DNA of 64,000 nucleotides, taken from Prolixibacteraceae bacterium. GTDB taxonomy: Bacteria; Bacteroidota; Bacteroidia; Bacteroidales; Prolixibacteraceae. Position 1 is the first letter of the stretch, and each line of letters begins with the position of its first letter. A program made the translations under genes and the position numbers. Positions 1 to 8,920 of this stretch are shown here, one piece after another. The notes under the pieces were generated by a model. That model made no database searches. It saw only the letters and a program-made list of their open reading frames with translations, and was not told where the DNA came from. The stretch is from positions 1,265,770-1,329,769 of the forward strand of contig OY782875.1 in the NCBI GenBank assembly GCA_963678565.1, in the 5' to 3' direction.

Positions 1-1
1 T

Positions 2-1546
2 GTTGGTGATAATGTTGGTGACGTTGCAGGAATGGGAGCTGACTTATATGAATCATATGCCGGTTCTATTTTAGCAACTGCTGCATTAGGTGCTGCGCTT
101 TCAATGAATGTTGAAGAACAAACTTCTAAAGTAGTTGCTCCGATGATTGTTGCTGCTGTTGGAATTATATTATCAATTCTTGGAATCTTTATGGTACGTA
201 CCAAGGAGTCTGCAACGCAAAAGAATTTGCTTAGAGCTTTGTTTGTTGGAACCTTTGGAAGTTCCCTTCTTATTATAGGTGTTGTTGTTGTTATGGCTTC
301 AATGGGAATGATTACCTGGGGAATTGTTGGCGCAGTAGTTTCTGGGTTGATTGCCGGAACCATTATCGGACAAGGTACCGAATATTATACTTCCGACGAA
401 TATAAACCAACAAAAGGAATTGCTAGTCAGGCGCAGCAAGGTCCTGCAACTACAATCATCGATGGAATTGCTACAGGAATGTACTCTACTTGGATTCCGG
501 TGGTAACAATTGTTGCTGGTATCATTGCAGCCTTTGGTTTCTCCGGTGGTTTTGAAAATTTTGCTGAAGGAGTTTATGGAATTGGTTTTGCCGCCGTTGG
601 AATGCTTTCTACTTTAGGAATTACTTTGGCTACCGATGCTTTTGGACCTATTGCTGATAATGCCGGAGGAAATGCCGAAATGGCTGGACTTCCGAAAGAA
701 GTGCGCGAGCGCACCGATGCTTTAGATATGTTGGGAAATACCACTGCTGCTACCGGAAAAGGATTTGCGATAGGTTCTGCTGCCTTAACAGCGATGGCAT
801 TACTTGCAGCCTATATGGAAGAAATAAAAATATGGTTGAAAGACTTGCTTCACCAGGGGGATGTTTTGGTTCAAAACGGAATTCAGTTTGTGATGGATGC
901 ATCGGAGCCCACAGTTGAAGGAGCTAAACAAGTTGTTTTATCTCAAGCAACATTACAGGATTTTAGTTCCTTTTATGATCTTTCGTTGTTTAACCCAATG
1001 CTTTTAGGTGGGTTGTTTCTTGGAGCAATGATGGCCTTTGTGTTTAGTGCCATGACTATGAAAGCTGTAGGGCGCGCTGCAGGGGCAATGGTTGACGAAG
1101 TTCGTCGTCAGTTCCGAGAAATTCCTGGTATTCTTGAAGGAAAAGCAACTCCTGAATATGCAAAATGTGTTGCAATTTCAACAAAAGGTGCACAGCGAGA
1201 AATGGTTGTACCATCGTTGTTGGCTATTGTTGTTCCAATTGTGGTAGGTTTGGTATTTGGTGTTGCCGGTGTTGTTGGTTTATTAATGGGCGGTTTAACA
1301 ACCGGATTTACCTTAGCTGTTATGTTGAACAATGCAGGTGGTGCATGGGATAATGCTAAAAAATACATTGAAAAAGGAAACTTTGGAGGAAAAGGTAGCG
1401 AAGCACATAAAGCAGGTGTTACCGGAGATACAGTAGGTGATCCGTTTAAAGATACTTCTGGACCCTCTTTGAATATTTTGATTAAATTGATGACAATGGT
1501 TTCGGTGGTGATGGCTGGCTTAACGGTTGTTTACCATATTTTCTAA
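2..1546 (+). CDS. hppA: Membrane-bound pyrophosphate-energised cation pump (K+-dependent type), C-terminal ~515 aa; 5' end lies outside the window
   Basis: The frame is open from the window edge (VGDNVGDVAGMGADLYESY...). Conserved M-PPase motifs are DNVGD, GNTTAATGKGFAIGSAAL and GDTVGDPFKDTSGPSLN. Ala in GNTTAA marks the K+-dependent subfamily; H+ versus Na+ specificity cannot be told from sequence by eye. Confidence 0.9.
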   Translation, partial: VGDNVGDVAGMGADLYESYAGSILATAALGAALSMNVEEQTSKVVAPMIVAAVGIILSILGIFMVRTKESATQKNLLRALFVGTFGSSLLIIGVVVVMASMGMITWGIVGAVVSGLIAGTIIGQGTEYYTSDEYKPTKGIASQAQQGPATTIIDGIATGMYSTWIPVVTIVAGIIAAFGFSGGFENFAEGVYGIGFAAVGMLSTLGITLATDAFGPIADNAGGNAEMAGLPKEVRERTDALDMLGNTTAATGKGFAIGSAALTAMALLAAYMEEIKIWLKDLLHQGDVLVQNGIQFVMDASEPTVEGAKQVVLSQATLQDFSSFYDLSLFNPMLLGGLFLGAMMAFVFSAMTMKAVGRAAGAMVDEVRRQFREIPGILEGKATPEYAKCVAISTKGAQREMVVPSLLAIVVPIVVGLVFGVAGVVGLLMGGLTTGFTLAVMLNNAGGAWDNAKKYIEKGNFGGKGSEAHKAGVTGDTVGDPFKDTSGPSLNILIKLMTMVSVVMAGLTVVYHIF

Positions 1547-1573
1547 AATACCTTTTTTATATGGTCAAATCAA

Positions 1574-1606
1574 AGGTCTCGGTTCGCTCGAATCGGGACT
1601 TTTTTC
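1574..1606 (+). terminator. Rho-independent terminator after hppA
   Basis: A stem of about 12 bp (1574-1585 pairs with 1590-1601, including G-U pairs) with tetraloop GCTC, running into a T tract at 1600-1605. Confidence 0.6.
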
Positions 1607-1771
1607 TGTTCACGGATCAATGAAAGCTTCTCTTACAACACATAACTACTAATTGTTTCATTCCAGTTGCGTGAGGGGTCGGAGTCTGCACCTGCCACTT
1701 TAAATACATACTGCTGTCCGCTCGTTAGTCCATCAATTAGCGTTTTACGTCGGGTAGAGAGTTTATGTCAT

Positions 1772-1801
1772 AAAAAAATCCCGAATCATTTGATCCGGGA
1801 T
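1772..1801 (-). terminator. Rho-independent terminator after the EF-G paralogue (weakly bidirectional)
   Basis: ATCCCG (1778-1783) pairs with CGGGAT (1796-1801). An A7 tract at 1772-1778 on the plus strand gives a U tract on the minus-strand transcript, 23 nt downstream of the stop codon. Confidence 0.6.
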
Positions 1802-1823
1802 TTTCTGTTGAATTATTAATTGA

Positions 1824-3980
1824 TTATTCGTCTTCGTGATCAGCTTCGTAAGCTTTTAATAATTCATCCTGAACCTCTCCAGGAACTTTTTCATATCCAT
1901 CGTAAGTCATTTCGAAATAACCTCGTCCGCCAGTAATTGAGTTTAAGGAAGTGGAGTATTTGTCCATTTCCTTTATCGGAACTTTTGCTGAGATCTTTTC
2001 TAAACCTTTTTTGCTGTCCATTCCCATAATTAATGCTCTGCGACCTTGCAAATCGCTCATTACATCACCCATTCTTTCGGTAGGCACATAAACATCGAGG
2101 TTGTAAATAGGTTCCAGAATTTTTGGTCCTGCTTTTTTGAAGGCATCACTAAATGCATGTCGTCCGGCTAATTTGAATGAAATTTCATTTGAATCAACAG
2201 GGTGCATTTTACCATCGTAAATACAAACTCGTATGTCGCGTGCATAAGATCCTGTAAGTGGCCCAACTTCAATTTTTTCCATAATTCCTTTTAGTATGGC
2301 AGGATGGAATCGGGCATCGATGGAGCCACCAACAATACAGTTGCAGAATACTAATTTACCACCCCAAGGCAATTCATGCTCTTCGGTTCCTCTCAAGGAA
2401 ACGGTGTATTCTTTACCTCCAATTTTAAAATGTTTCGGAGCAGGCATTCCTTCGAAATAGGGTTCAATTATCATGTGTACTTCGCCAAATTGCCCGGCTC
2501 CACCCGATTGTTTTTTATGTCGGTAGTCGCTTTGTGCAGCTTTGGTAATGGTTTCGCGATAAGGAACTTTAGGTGTGTAGAATTCAATATCAATTTTGTA
2601 TTCATTGTCGAAGAACCATTTAACCACTTTTAGGTGATATTCTCCTTGTGCCTCGAGTATCTGTTGTTTTAATTCTTTAGAAAAATATACTTTTAATGAA
2701 GGGTCTTCTTCCATTAAACGATGCAGAGCTTCTCCAACTTTTTCATCATCTGCTTCGTTTACAGCTCTTATGGCTGTTTTGAAGAGTGTTGTTGGGAATT
2801 CAATTGGTGCAAATTTATAGTCGGCATCCTTGGTCGATAGTGTTTCGTTTACCTTTGTTTCTTTCAATTTTACAGTCGCGCCAATGTCGCCAGCTATCAA
2901 TTCGCTTACTTTATTTCGGTTTTTACCATCAACAATAAAAAGTTGTGAGATTCTTTCTTTCGATTGGCTTGTTGTATTGATCAGGTCCATCCCTTCGCTC
3001 ACTTTCCCCGACATTACTTTGAAGTAAGTAATTTCGCCAATGTGCGATTCGATTGCTTGCTTGAAAACAAATAAAGAGGTAGGTGCACTTTCGTCAATTT
3101 TAACTTCTTTGCCACTTACTTCTTCTCGGCCTTTAACCATGTTAGGAGAAGGTACTATATTACCAATAAATTCCATAAAACGACGAGTTCCCATGTCTTT
3201 TTTTGCACAGGTGCAGAATACGGGGAATAAAGTACGGTCGGCCATTCCTAGTCGAATACCAGCGCGCATTTCTTCTTCCGATAGGGTGCCTTTATCAAAG
3301 TAAAGTTCCATTAATTCTTCATCATTTTCGGCAGCTTTTTCAACTAGTTCGTTGTGTAAAGCATCTGCTTTTTCTTTTTCAGAATCCGGAATATCCAAAA
3401 CTTCAGGTGTTCCGCCATTGGGGCCCCATTGGTACATTTTCATTTTCAAAACATCAATCACCTGATTGAATTTTGGTCCTGGATTAACCGGGTATTGAAC
3501 GATTGTTAATCCACCACCTACAAACGATTTAGCATCTTCGATGCTTTGATCAAAGTTGATATTTTCATGGTCGAGACCATTGGTTACAAATATTAATGGA
3601 ATGTGTTGTTTTTCGGCTATTCTTAGAGAGCTTTCTGTTCCGGCGCCAATGCCATCGGTAGTGTTTAGAACGGTAACTGCTGTGGCTACAACATTAAGAG
3701 AAGATGTTACGGCTCCTGCAAAAGCTTTCATTCCAGGAGTGTCTATAATATTAATTTTTTTACCGTTGTATTCTGTGTGGAGTAGGGTAGAAAAGACAGA
3801 ATTCTCAAATTCTTGTTCAATAGGGGTATAGTCGGAGGCTGTGTTTTTACTTTCAATGTCACCACGTCTGTTGATTACACCACCCTCGTAAAGCATCGCT
3901 TCGGCGAGGGTGGTTTTCCCAGCCCCAGAGTTACCAATTAAAGCTATGTTCCTAATGTCTTCGGTTTTATAAGTTTTCAT
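1824..3980 (-). CDS. Elongation factor G family GTPase paralogue (EF-G2-like), 718 aa
   Basis: Full five-domain EF-G length. G1 is GNSGAGKTT and G3 is DTPGMKAF (no His after DTPG). The G4 position reads TNGLD instead of NKxD. It is not in a str/rps operon context. Confidence 0.85.
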   Translation of the reverse strand: MKTYKTEDIRNIALIGNSGAGKTTLAEAMLYEGGVINRRGDIESKNTASDYTPIEQEFENSVFSTLLHTEYNGKKINIIDTPGMKAFAGAVTSSLNVVATAVTVLNTTDGIGAGTESSLRIAEKQHIPLIFVTNGLDHENINFDQSIEDAKSFVGGGLTIVQYPVNPGPKFNQVIDVLKMKMYQWGPNGGTPEVLDIPDSEKEKADALHNELVEKAAENDEELMELYFDKGTLSEEEMRAGIRLGMADRTLFPVFCTCAKKDMGTRRFMEFIGNIVPSPNMVKGREEVSGKEVKIDESAPTSLFVFKQAIESHIGEITYFKVMSGKVSEGMDLINTTSQSKERISQLFIVDGKNRNKVSELIAGDIGATVKLKETKVNETLSTKDADYKFAPIEFPTTLFKTAIRAVNEADDEKVGEALHRLMEEDPSLKVYFSKELKQQILEAQGEYHLKVVKWFFDNEYKIDIEFYTPKVPYRETITKAAQSDYRHKKQSGGAGQFGEVHMIIEPYFEGMPAPKHFKIGGKEYTVSLRGTEEHELPWGGKLVFCNCIVGGSIDARFHPAILKGIMEKIEVGPLTGSYARDIRVCIYDGKMHPVDSNEISFKLAGRHAFSDAFKKAGPKILEPIYNLDVYVPTERMGDVMSDLQGRRALIMGMDSKKGLEKISAKVPIKEMDKYSTSLNSITGGRGYFEMTYDGYEKVPGEVQDELLKAYEADHEDE

Positions 3981-4310
3981 AAGTTAAGTATTAAGATTTT
4001 AGATTAATTCATATTGAGCTAATTGAAATTTTATTAGAAATGAACGGCATATAAAAAGGAATTAAAAGTTGAAATTAATTCATCCCTCCTTCAAAAATAG
4101 TAATAATTTGTTAACAATCAAGCTTCGGTTTTTAAATTTTTAAGATCTTGTGCTTGTTTGTGTAAGTGGCAGTAGATTAGTATTTTATGGACTGGTTGAG
4201 CGGTGTGTTTTTCTGATTGTGAATGAATTGAGTTGGATTTGTGTATTGATGTATTTTTGATTTTTATAATTGTTAATTAGTTGTATTTTTGGGAGCATTA
4301 CACCTTTATC

Positions 4311-6497
4311 ATGGCTAGGTTTCCACATTTTTATCAATTAGATGCAATGGATTGTGGGCCAACTTGTTTGAAAATGATTGCAGCGCATTATGGAAAACAG
4401 GTCGGTATTCAATCGTTGCGCGATAAAAGTTATATCACGCGTGAGGGCGTTTCGTTGTTGGGAATTAGCGATGCTGCAAATTCTATAGGCTTGCGAAATG
4501 TGGGGGCTCGAATTTCTTATGAGCAATTGATTAAGGATGCACCAATGCCTATAATAGCCCATTGGAAGCAGAATCATTTTGTGGTGGTTTATAAGGCTAC
4601 AAAGGAGAAGGTTTGGGTGGCTGATCCTGGGAAGGGATTGGTGGTGTATTCGAAGCAGGAATTTTTAGATGGCTGGATCGGAACTATTTCCAAAGGAGAG
4701 GAGAAGGGCTTGTGTATGATGTTGGAGCCAACGCCTGAATTTTACAAATTGAAGGATGAAAAAGCAAATCGTACTTCATTTAAGTTTTTGTTCTCGTACG
4801 TAAAACCTTATCGAAAATATCTTTTACAATTATTACTAGGATTGTTGCTTGGGAGTGTCTTTATGCTGGCCATGCCATTTTTAACGCAATCGTTGGTTGA
4901 TGTTGGAATTAAAAATAATGATCTAGGTTTTGTGTCTATAGTGCTGATTGCTCAGTTGGTGTTGTTTGTGAGTTCAAGTTCGGTTGAAATTATAAGAAGT
5001 TGGATTTTGCTCCATTTGAGTACCCGGATTAATATATCGTTGATTTCTGATTTCTTATTGAAATTGATGAAGCTTCCCATTGGATTTTTCAATACAAAAT
5101 TGGTTGGAGACCTCTTGCAACGAATTGGCGATCATGATCGAATAGAACGATTTTTAACTTCGACAACCTTGAGTGCTGCTTTTTCGGTGTTTAATATTGT
5201 GGTGTTTAGTATTGTGTTGTTGGTTTACTCTTGGATGATTTTCTTGGTGTTCTTAGTTGGAGTAGTTGTCTATTTTTTGTGGATTCAACTTTTTATGATT
5301 CGTAGGCGAAAACTCGATTTTGAAAAGTTTGAACAGCGTAGTAAAAATCACAGCAAGTTGATTGAGTTGATAAATGGTATTCAGGAGATAAAATTGAATA
5401 ATGTTGAAACTCAGAAGCGATGGGAGTGGGAGAATATTCAAGCAAATCTTTTTAAAGTAAATATTAAATCGCTTTCCTTGACGCAATTGCAAGATCAGGG
5501 AGCATCATATATTATTCGTTTTGCAAATATCTTGGCAACATTTTTGGCTGCACGTTTTGTGATAATGGGGGATATTACCTTGGGAGCGATGTTGGCAATA
5601 ATCTATATTTTGGGGCAGTTGAATGGGCCGATAGCACAATTGTTGGAGGTTGTTCAGACTGCGCAAGATGCAAAAATTAGTTTGGAGCGCTTGAATGAAA
5701 TTCATGAGAAGGAAGAAGAGGAAGATGCTGGTGAAAAGCTTGAGCGAGTTCCTGAAAATGCTTCAATTATTTTAGATAATGTTTCCTTTCAGTACGAGGG
5801 GCCTAGGTCGCCTTATGTTTTGAAGGATATTTCGGTAGAGATACCTGCGGGAAAAACAACCGCAATTGTAGGAATGAGTGGAAGTGGAAAAACGACTTTG
5901 ATGAAATTGTTGCTTGGCTTTTTTAAACCTGTTGCGGGCGAGATAAAGATTGGTGAGGTTGCAATTGATGAAATATCTAGTAAAGTCTGGCGAAGTGAAT
6001 GTGGGGCGGTAATGCAAGATGGTTTTTTATTTTCCGACTCGATTGCGAATAATGTTGCAGTTGGCGATTCTGTAGTTGATAAACAGCGATTGCATCAGGC
6101 TGTAAATATGGCTGCCATCGAAGAACATATTGAGTCGCTGCCTTTAAAATATAATACCAAAATTGGTCAGGATGGTATGGGCTTGAGTCAGGGGCAGAAG
6201 CAGCGGTTGTTGATAGCACGTGCCATTTATAAAGATCCATCCTACTTATTTTTTGATGAGGCAACCAATGCGCTAGATTCGAAAAATGAACGGAGGGTGG
6301 TTGAGAATATTAATAACTTTAGTAGTGGTCGAACAGCTGTGGTGATTGCCCACCGTTTGAGTACTGTTAAAAATGCAGATCAGATCTTGGTTTTAGAGCA
6401 AGGAGCGGTTGTTGAGTCGGGTTCCCACTTAGAGTTGATTGCAAAGAAGGGGCGATACTTCAATTTAGTGAAAGAACAGCTAGAGCTTGGAAGTTAA
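4311..6497 (+). CDS. Peptidase C39 domain-containing bacteriocin/peptide cleavage-export ABC transporter
   Basis: N-terminal C39 motif QLDAMDCGPTCL (catalytic Cys) and NHFVVVY (His), a six-TM ABC exporter core, Walker A GMSGSGKTT, signature LSQGQKQR and Walker B LFFDEAT. The ORF track starts at TTG 4281; ATG 4311 is the more likely start. Confidence 0.9.
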   Translation: MARFPHFYQLDAMDCGPTCLKMIAAHYGKQVGIQSLRDKSYITREGVSLLGISDAANSIGLRNVGARISYEQLIKDAPMPIIAHWKQNHFVVVYKATKEKVWVADPGKGLVVYSKQEFLDGWIGTISKGEEKGLCMMLEPTPEFYKLKDEKANRTSFKFLFSYVKPYRKYLLQLLLGLLLGSVFMLAMPFLTQSLVDVGIKNNDLGFVSIVLIAQLVLFVSSSSVEIIRSWILLHLSTRINISLISDFLLKLMKLPIGFFNTKLVGDLLQRIGDHDRIERFLTSTTLSAAFSVFNIVVFSIVLLVYSWMIFLVFLVGVVVYFLWIQLFMIRRRKLDFEKFEQRSKNHSKLIELINGIQEIKLNNVETQKRWEWENIQANLFKVNIKSLSLTQLQDQGASYIIRFANILATFLAARFVIMGDITLGAMLAIIYILGQLNGPIAQLLEVVQTAQDAKISLERLNEIHEKEEEEDAGEKLERVPENASIILDNVSFQYEGPRSPYVLKDISVEIPAGKTTAIVGMSGSGKTTLMKLLLGFFKPVAGEIKIGEVAIDEISSKVWRSECGAVMQDGFLFSDSIANNVAVGDSVVDKQRLHQAVNMAAIEEHIESLPLKYNTKIGQDGMGLSQGQKQRLLIARAIYKDPSYLFFDEATNALDSKNERRVVENINNFSSGRTAVVIAHRLSTVKNADQILVLEQGAVVESGSHLELIAKKGRYFNLVKEQLELGS

Positions 6498-7226
6498 ATG
6501 GAAAACGGATCACATATACAATTGAGGAGTACAGCAGTACAGGCAATTTTAAAGAAGGTGCCAAATTGGATTGTTCGATGGGGAACTGTGCTTGTATTTC
6601 TTGGGGTGTTGTTGTTGTTTGTGTTGTCTTATGTTATTAAGGTTCCTGAAAGCATTCCGGTTGCAGCTAGTTTTGAATTAAGTAGCAAGTCATTATGTAT
6701 TACGGCTCCTCAGTCAGGAGTATTAGTTGCTGGAGAGCTCTCGGCTGACTCATTGGTGCAAGAGGGAGATTTGCTATTTGTATTGAGATGTGATGTTCAG
6801 GGGGCTTCTCGTAGTGAGAAAAGAGATTTTAAAGAGTTGGCACCTTTTGAGGGGGGTGTTGGCTGGTGGAATCCTAATTGGCACGTTGAGGCAGGAGATA
6901 CAATTTTGAAACTTTGGCAGCATCAACCTGAGTCTCTTTTGGTGAGTTTCCAGCTTCCTAAAAAGTATTACAATGCTATATTTAATAAGGAGTTACTTTT
7001 GGCAAGTTATTCCGATCCCTTCTCGGGGGTGAGTGTAACTAAGAAAGTCTTGATAGAGTCATTGAGTGTTGATCCCGCGGGAGACGTTTTTATTGTGCGT
7101 GGATTTATTCCGATAGAATCTGAACAAGCAAGACAATTGTCTAAAGACTCATGGTTAGACATGGAGGTTCAAGTTGTAATCTCTAATCCTCGTTTTCTTT
7201 TTAAGCTATTCGCTATTCTAGATTAG
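6498..7226 (+). CDS. Short HlyD-family (membrane fusion/adaptor) like protein lacking the alpha-helical hairpin, 242 aa
   Basis: The ATG directly abuts the transporter stop codon. It has an N-terminal TM helix (WGTVLVFLGVLLLFVLSYVI). Two lipoyl-like half motifs (ITAPQSGVLV...EGDLLFVL and APFEGGV...EAGDTILKL) are separated by only about 20 aa, followed by a beta-barrel-like tail. Confidence 0.6.
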   Translation: MENGSHIQLRSTAVQAILKKVPNWIVRWGTVLVFLGVLLLFVLSYVIKVPESIPVAASFELSSKSLCITAPQSGVLVAGELSADSLVQEGDLLFVLRCDVQGASRSEKRDFKELAPFEGGVGWWNPNWHVEAGDTILKLWQHQPESLLVSFQLPKKYYNAIFNKELLLASYSDPFSGVSVTKKVLIESLSVDPAGDVFIVRGFIPIESEQARQLSKDSWLDMEVQVVISNPRFLFKLFAILD

Positions 7227-7723
7227 ATTTTTTTTCTTTTTTAATGCCCATTATATTGTTTAGGGAATATTCCAATTAGGTGTATTATAATGTCGTTGTG
7301 CCTATTTGTAAGTGGGGGTGTCTTGTTATGTTAATTGAATGTTAATGTGTGTTTAGGGTGTTTTAGGGGGTGTGGTGTTGTTTTTAACAGAATGTCTTTA
7401 AAAAATGTCTAGGGTTGCAATAAGTGTGGTGAGATGCAGTCGTTTAGCTTGTTTTTGAGGCTTTTTGATAACGAGAAGAATGTCAGAGATCTGTAATTAA
7501 TCGACCATAAAACTACCAAAAAGACAATAAAACATTAAAAAACAAGAAAAAAGATATAAAAAAAGTTCAAAAAGTGTTTTGGTGTAAAGATAAAGTGTTA
7601 TAATTGCAATGTCGTTAATCACAAAGGGGGATCGACAAATTCTTTAAACCATCAGATGAACACACACAACACATTAAAGAATTTTTATTAAAGTATTATT
7701 AAGTATAATTAAAAAATGTTGTT

Positions 7724-8374
7724 ATGAAGAAAATTTATGCTTTACTAGTTTTAGTTGTGTTGACAGTGTCAACTTTTAGTGCAAAAGCTCAAGAATGGAG
7801 CACGGGAATGGACATCTACAGTAGCTATATCTGGCGTGGATCGAAATTCGGTACTGGACCGGCATTGCAACCTTATGTTGACTTTACCACTGGTGGGTTA
7901 TCTGTAGGTGCTTGGGGGTCTGTTAGTGCAGGTTCTGCAGAGTCACTTGAAATGGATCTTTATGCTGGTTATAGTTTCGACTTTGGTTTGAGCCTTACTG
8001 TTACCGATTACTACTTTGGTGTTGATCCTGTATCAGAAAATGGATGGCTAGACGGCGACTCTCACTTGATTGAACCGATGTTGAGTTATGGTGTTGGAGG
8101 CTTCTCTCTTACAGCCGCTCAAATGTTTACAACTTCATTTGATGTTGATGATACATATTTGGAAGTAGCATATGGATTTGGTGCCGTTGATTTAGCCGTA
8201 GGTTTAGGTAATGGATTGTATACAACTGATGGAAGTTTTACTGTTTGTAATGTTTCTTTATCTACAGGAAAAGAGATCGAAATCACAGACAAGTTTACAT
8301 TGCCAGTTTCTGGTTCTGTAACACTTAACCCTTCTACCGGTGGATTCTTCATCGCAGTAGGTGTATCATTATAA
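7724..8374 (+). CDS. Outer-membrane beta-barrel protein, TorF-family putative porin-like
   Basis: Signal peptide ending SAKAQE. A YIWRGSKFGTGPALQPYVDF...GAWGS pattern typical of the TorF/Gcw_chp porin family, alternating beta-strand pattern, aromatic-rich C-terminus. It sits directly upstream of P-II/amtB. Confidence 0.55.
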   Translation: MKKIYALLVLVVLTVSTFSAKAQEWSTGMDIYSSYIWRGSKFGTGPALQPYVDFTTGGLSVGAWGSVSAGSAESLEMDLYAGYSFDFGLSLTVTDYYFGVDPVSENGWLDGDSHLIEPMLSYGVGGFSLTAAQMFTTSFDVDDTYLEVAYGFGAVDLAVGLGNGLYTTDGSFTVCNVSLSTGKEIEITDKFTLPVSGSVTLNPSTGGFFIAVGVSL

Positions 8375-8386
8375 TATATACTAAGT

Positions 8387-8469
8387 AATTAAGATGTTTC
8401 ATTAAAGTTGTTATGGAATAAAGGCTTTGCTAACTTCCGGAGGTTAGTATTTAGTGAAACATCTTAATT
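8387..8469 (+). promoter_or_regulatory. Long intergenic stem-loop between the porin gene and the P-II gene
   Basis: 8387-8406 pairs with 8450-8469: 20 bp, of which 15 are contiguous perfect pairs (AATTAAGATGTTTCA / TGAAACATCTTAATT), plus one G-U. A nested hairpin CTAACTT-CCGG-AGGTTAG lies at 8430-8447. No U tract follows. Confidence 0.5.
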
Positions 8470-8512
8470 CTGGTAAGAAATCATTTTATTCACTTCAAAA
8501 TTTTGTATAAAA

Positions 8513-8869
8513 ATGAAAAAAATTGAAGCTATTATAAGAAAATCAAAGTTTGATGAAGTAAAAGATGCTTTGGCTGATGTAGGTATCGATTTCTTCTCTT
8601 ACTGGGATGTTCGTGGTATTGGTAAAGCTCGTCAGGGGCGTGTATACCGTGGAGTTAAATATGATACCAGCAGTATTGAAAGAACAATGATGTCGATTGT
8701 TGTTCGTGATAAAAACGTTGATAAAACGGTGACTGCAATCCTTAAAGCCTCTAGAACAGGTGAAGTAGGTGATGGTAAAGTTTTCGTTAGCCAGATGGAT
8801 GAATCCTACAGAATCAGAACTGGTGAAGTAGGTGATGAGTCACTTTACATTAAAGACGAAGAAGTTTAA
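8513..8869 (+). CDS. glnK: Nitrogen regulatory protein P-II (GlnK-type, amtB-linked)
   Basis: MKKIEAIIR start, T-loop region GKARQGRVYRGVKY, C-terminal GDGKVFV motif, immediately upstream of amtB. Confidence 0.85.
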   Translation: MKKIEAIIRKSKFDEVKDALADVGIDFFSYWDVRGIGKARQGRVYRGVKYDTSSIERTMMSIVVRDKNVDKTVTAILKASRTGEVGDGKVFVSQMDESYRIRTGEVGDESLYIKDEEV

Positions 8870-8920
8870 TTAATTATTGATTTAGAAAATTAAAGTTTTA
8901 CAAAATAAAATTTTAACAAC

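Noticed and set aside
1575-1600. tRNA T-arm-like sequence GGTTCGCTCGAATCGGGAC, and the 165-bp spacer 1607-1771 as a possible RNA gene
   Set aside because: The T-arm resemblance is part of the hppA terminator stem. No acceptor, D or anticodon arms can be built around it. The spacer between the two terminators shows no convincing conserved structure or ORF by eye. I cannot exclude an sRNA but have no positive evidence.
3981-4310. Search for a double-glycine-leader bacteriocin precursor next to the C39 ABC exporter (also 7227-7723)
   Set aside because: The ATG-initiated ORFs I traced by hand on both strands in both flanks are at most about 20 codons (for example MSLCLFVSGGVLLC and MQSFSLFLRLFDNEKNVRDL). 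None has a leader-plus-core architecture ending in GG/GA/GS followed by a plausible mature peptide.
7314-7375. G-runs (GGGGG, GGG, GGGGG, GG, GG) as a potential G-quadruplex
   Set aside because: Only three runs have 3 or more G, and the first loop would be about 37 nt. This does not meet the usual G3+N1-7 criteria.
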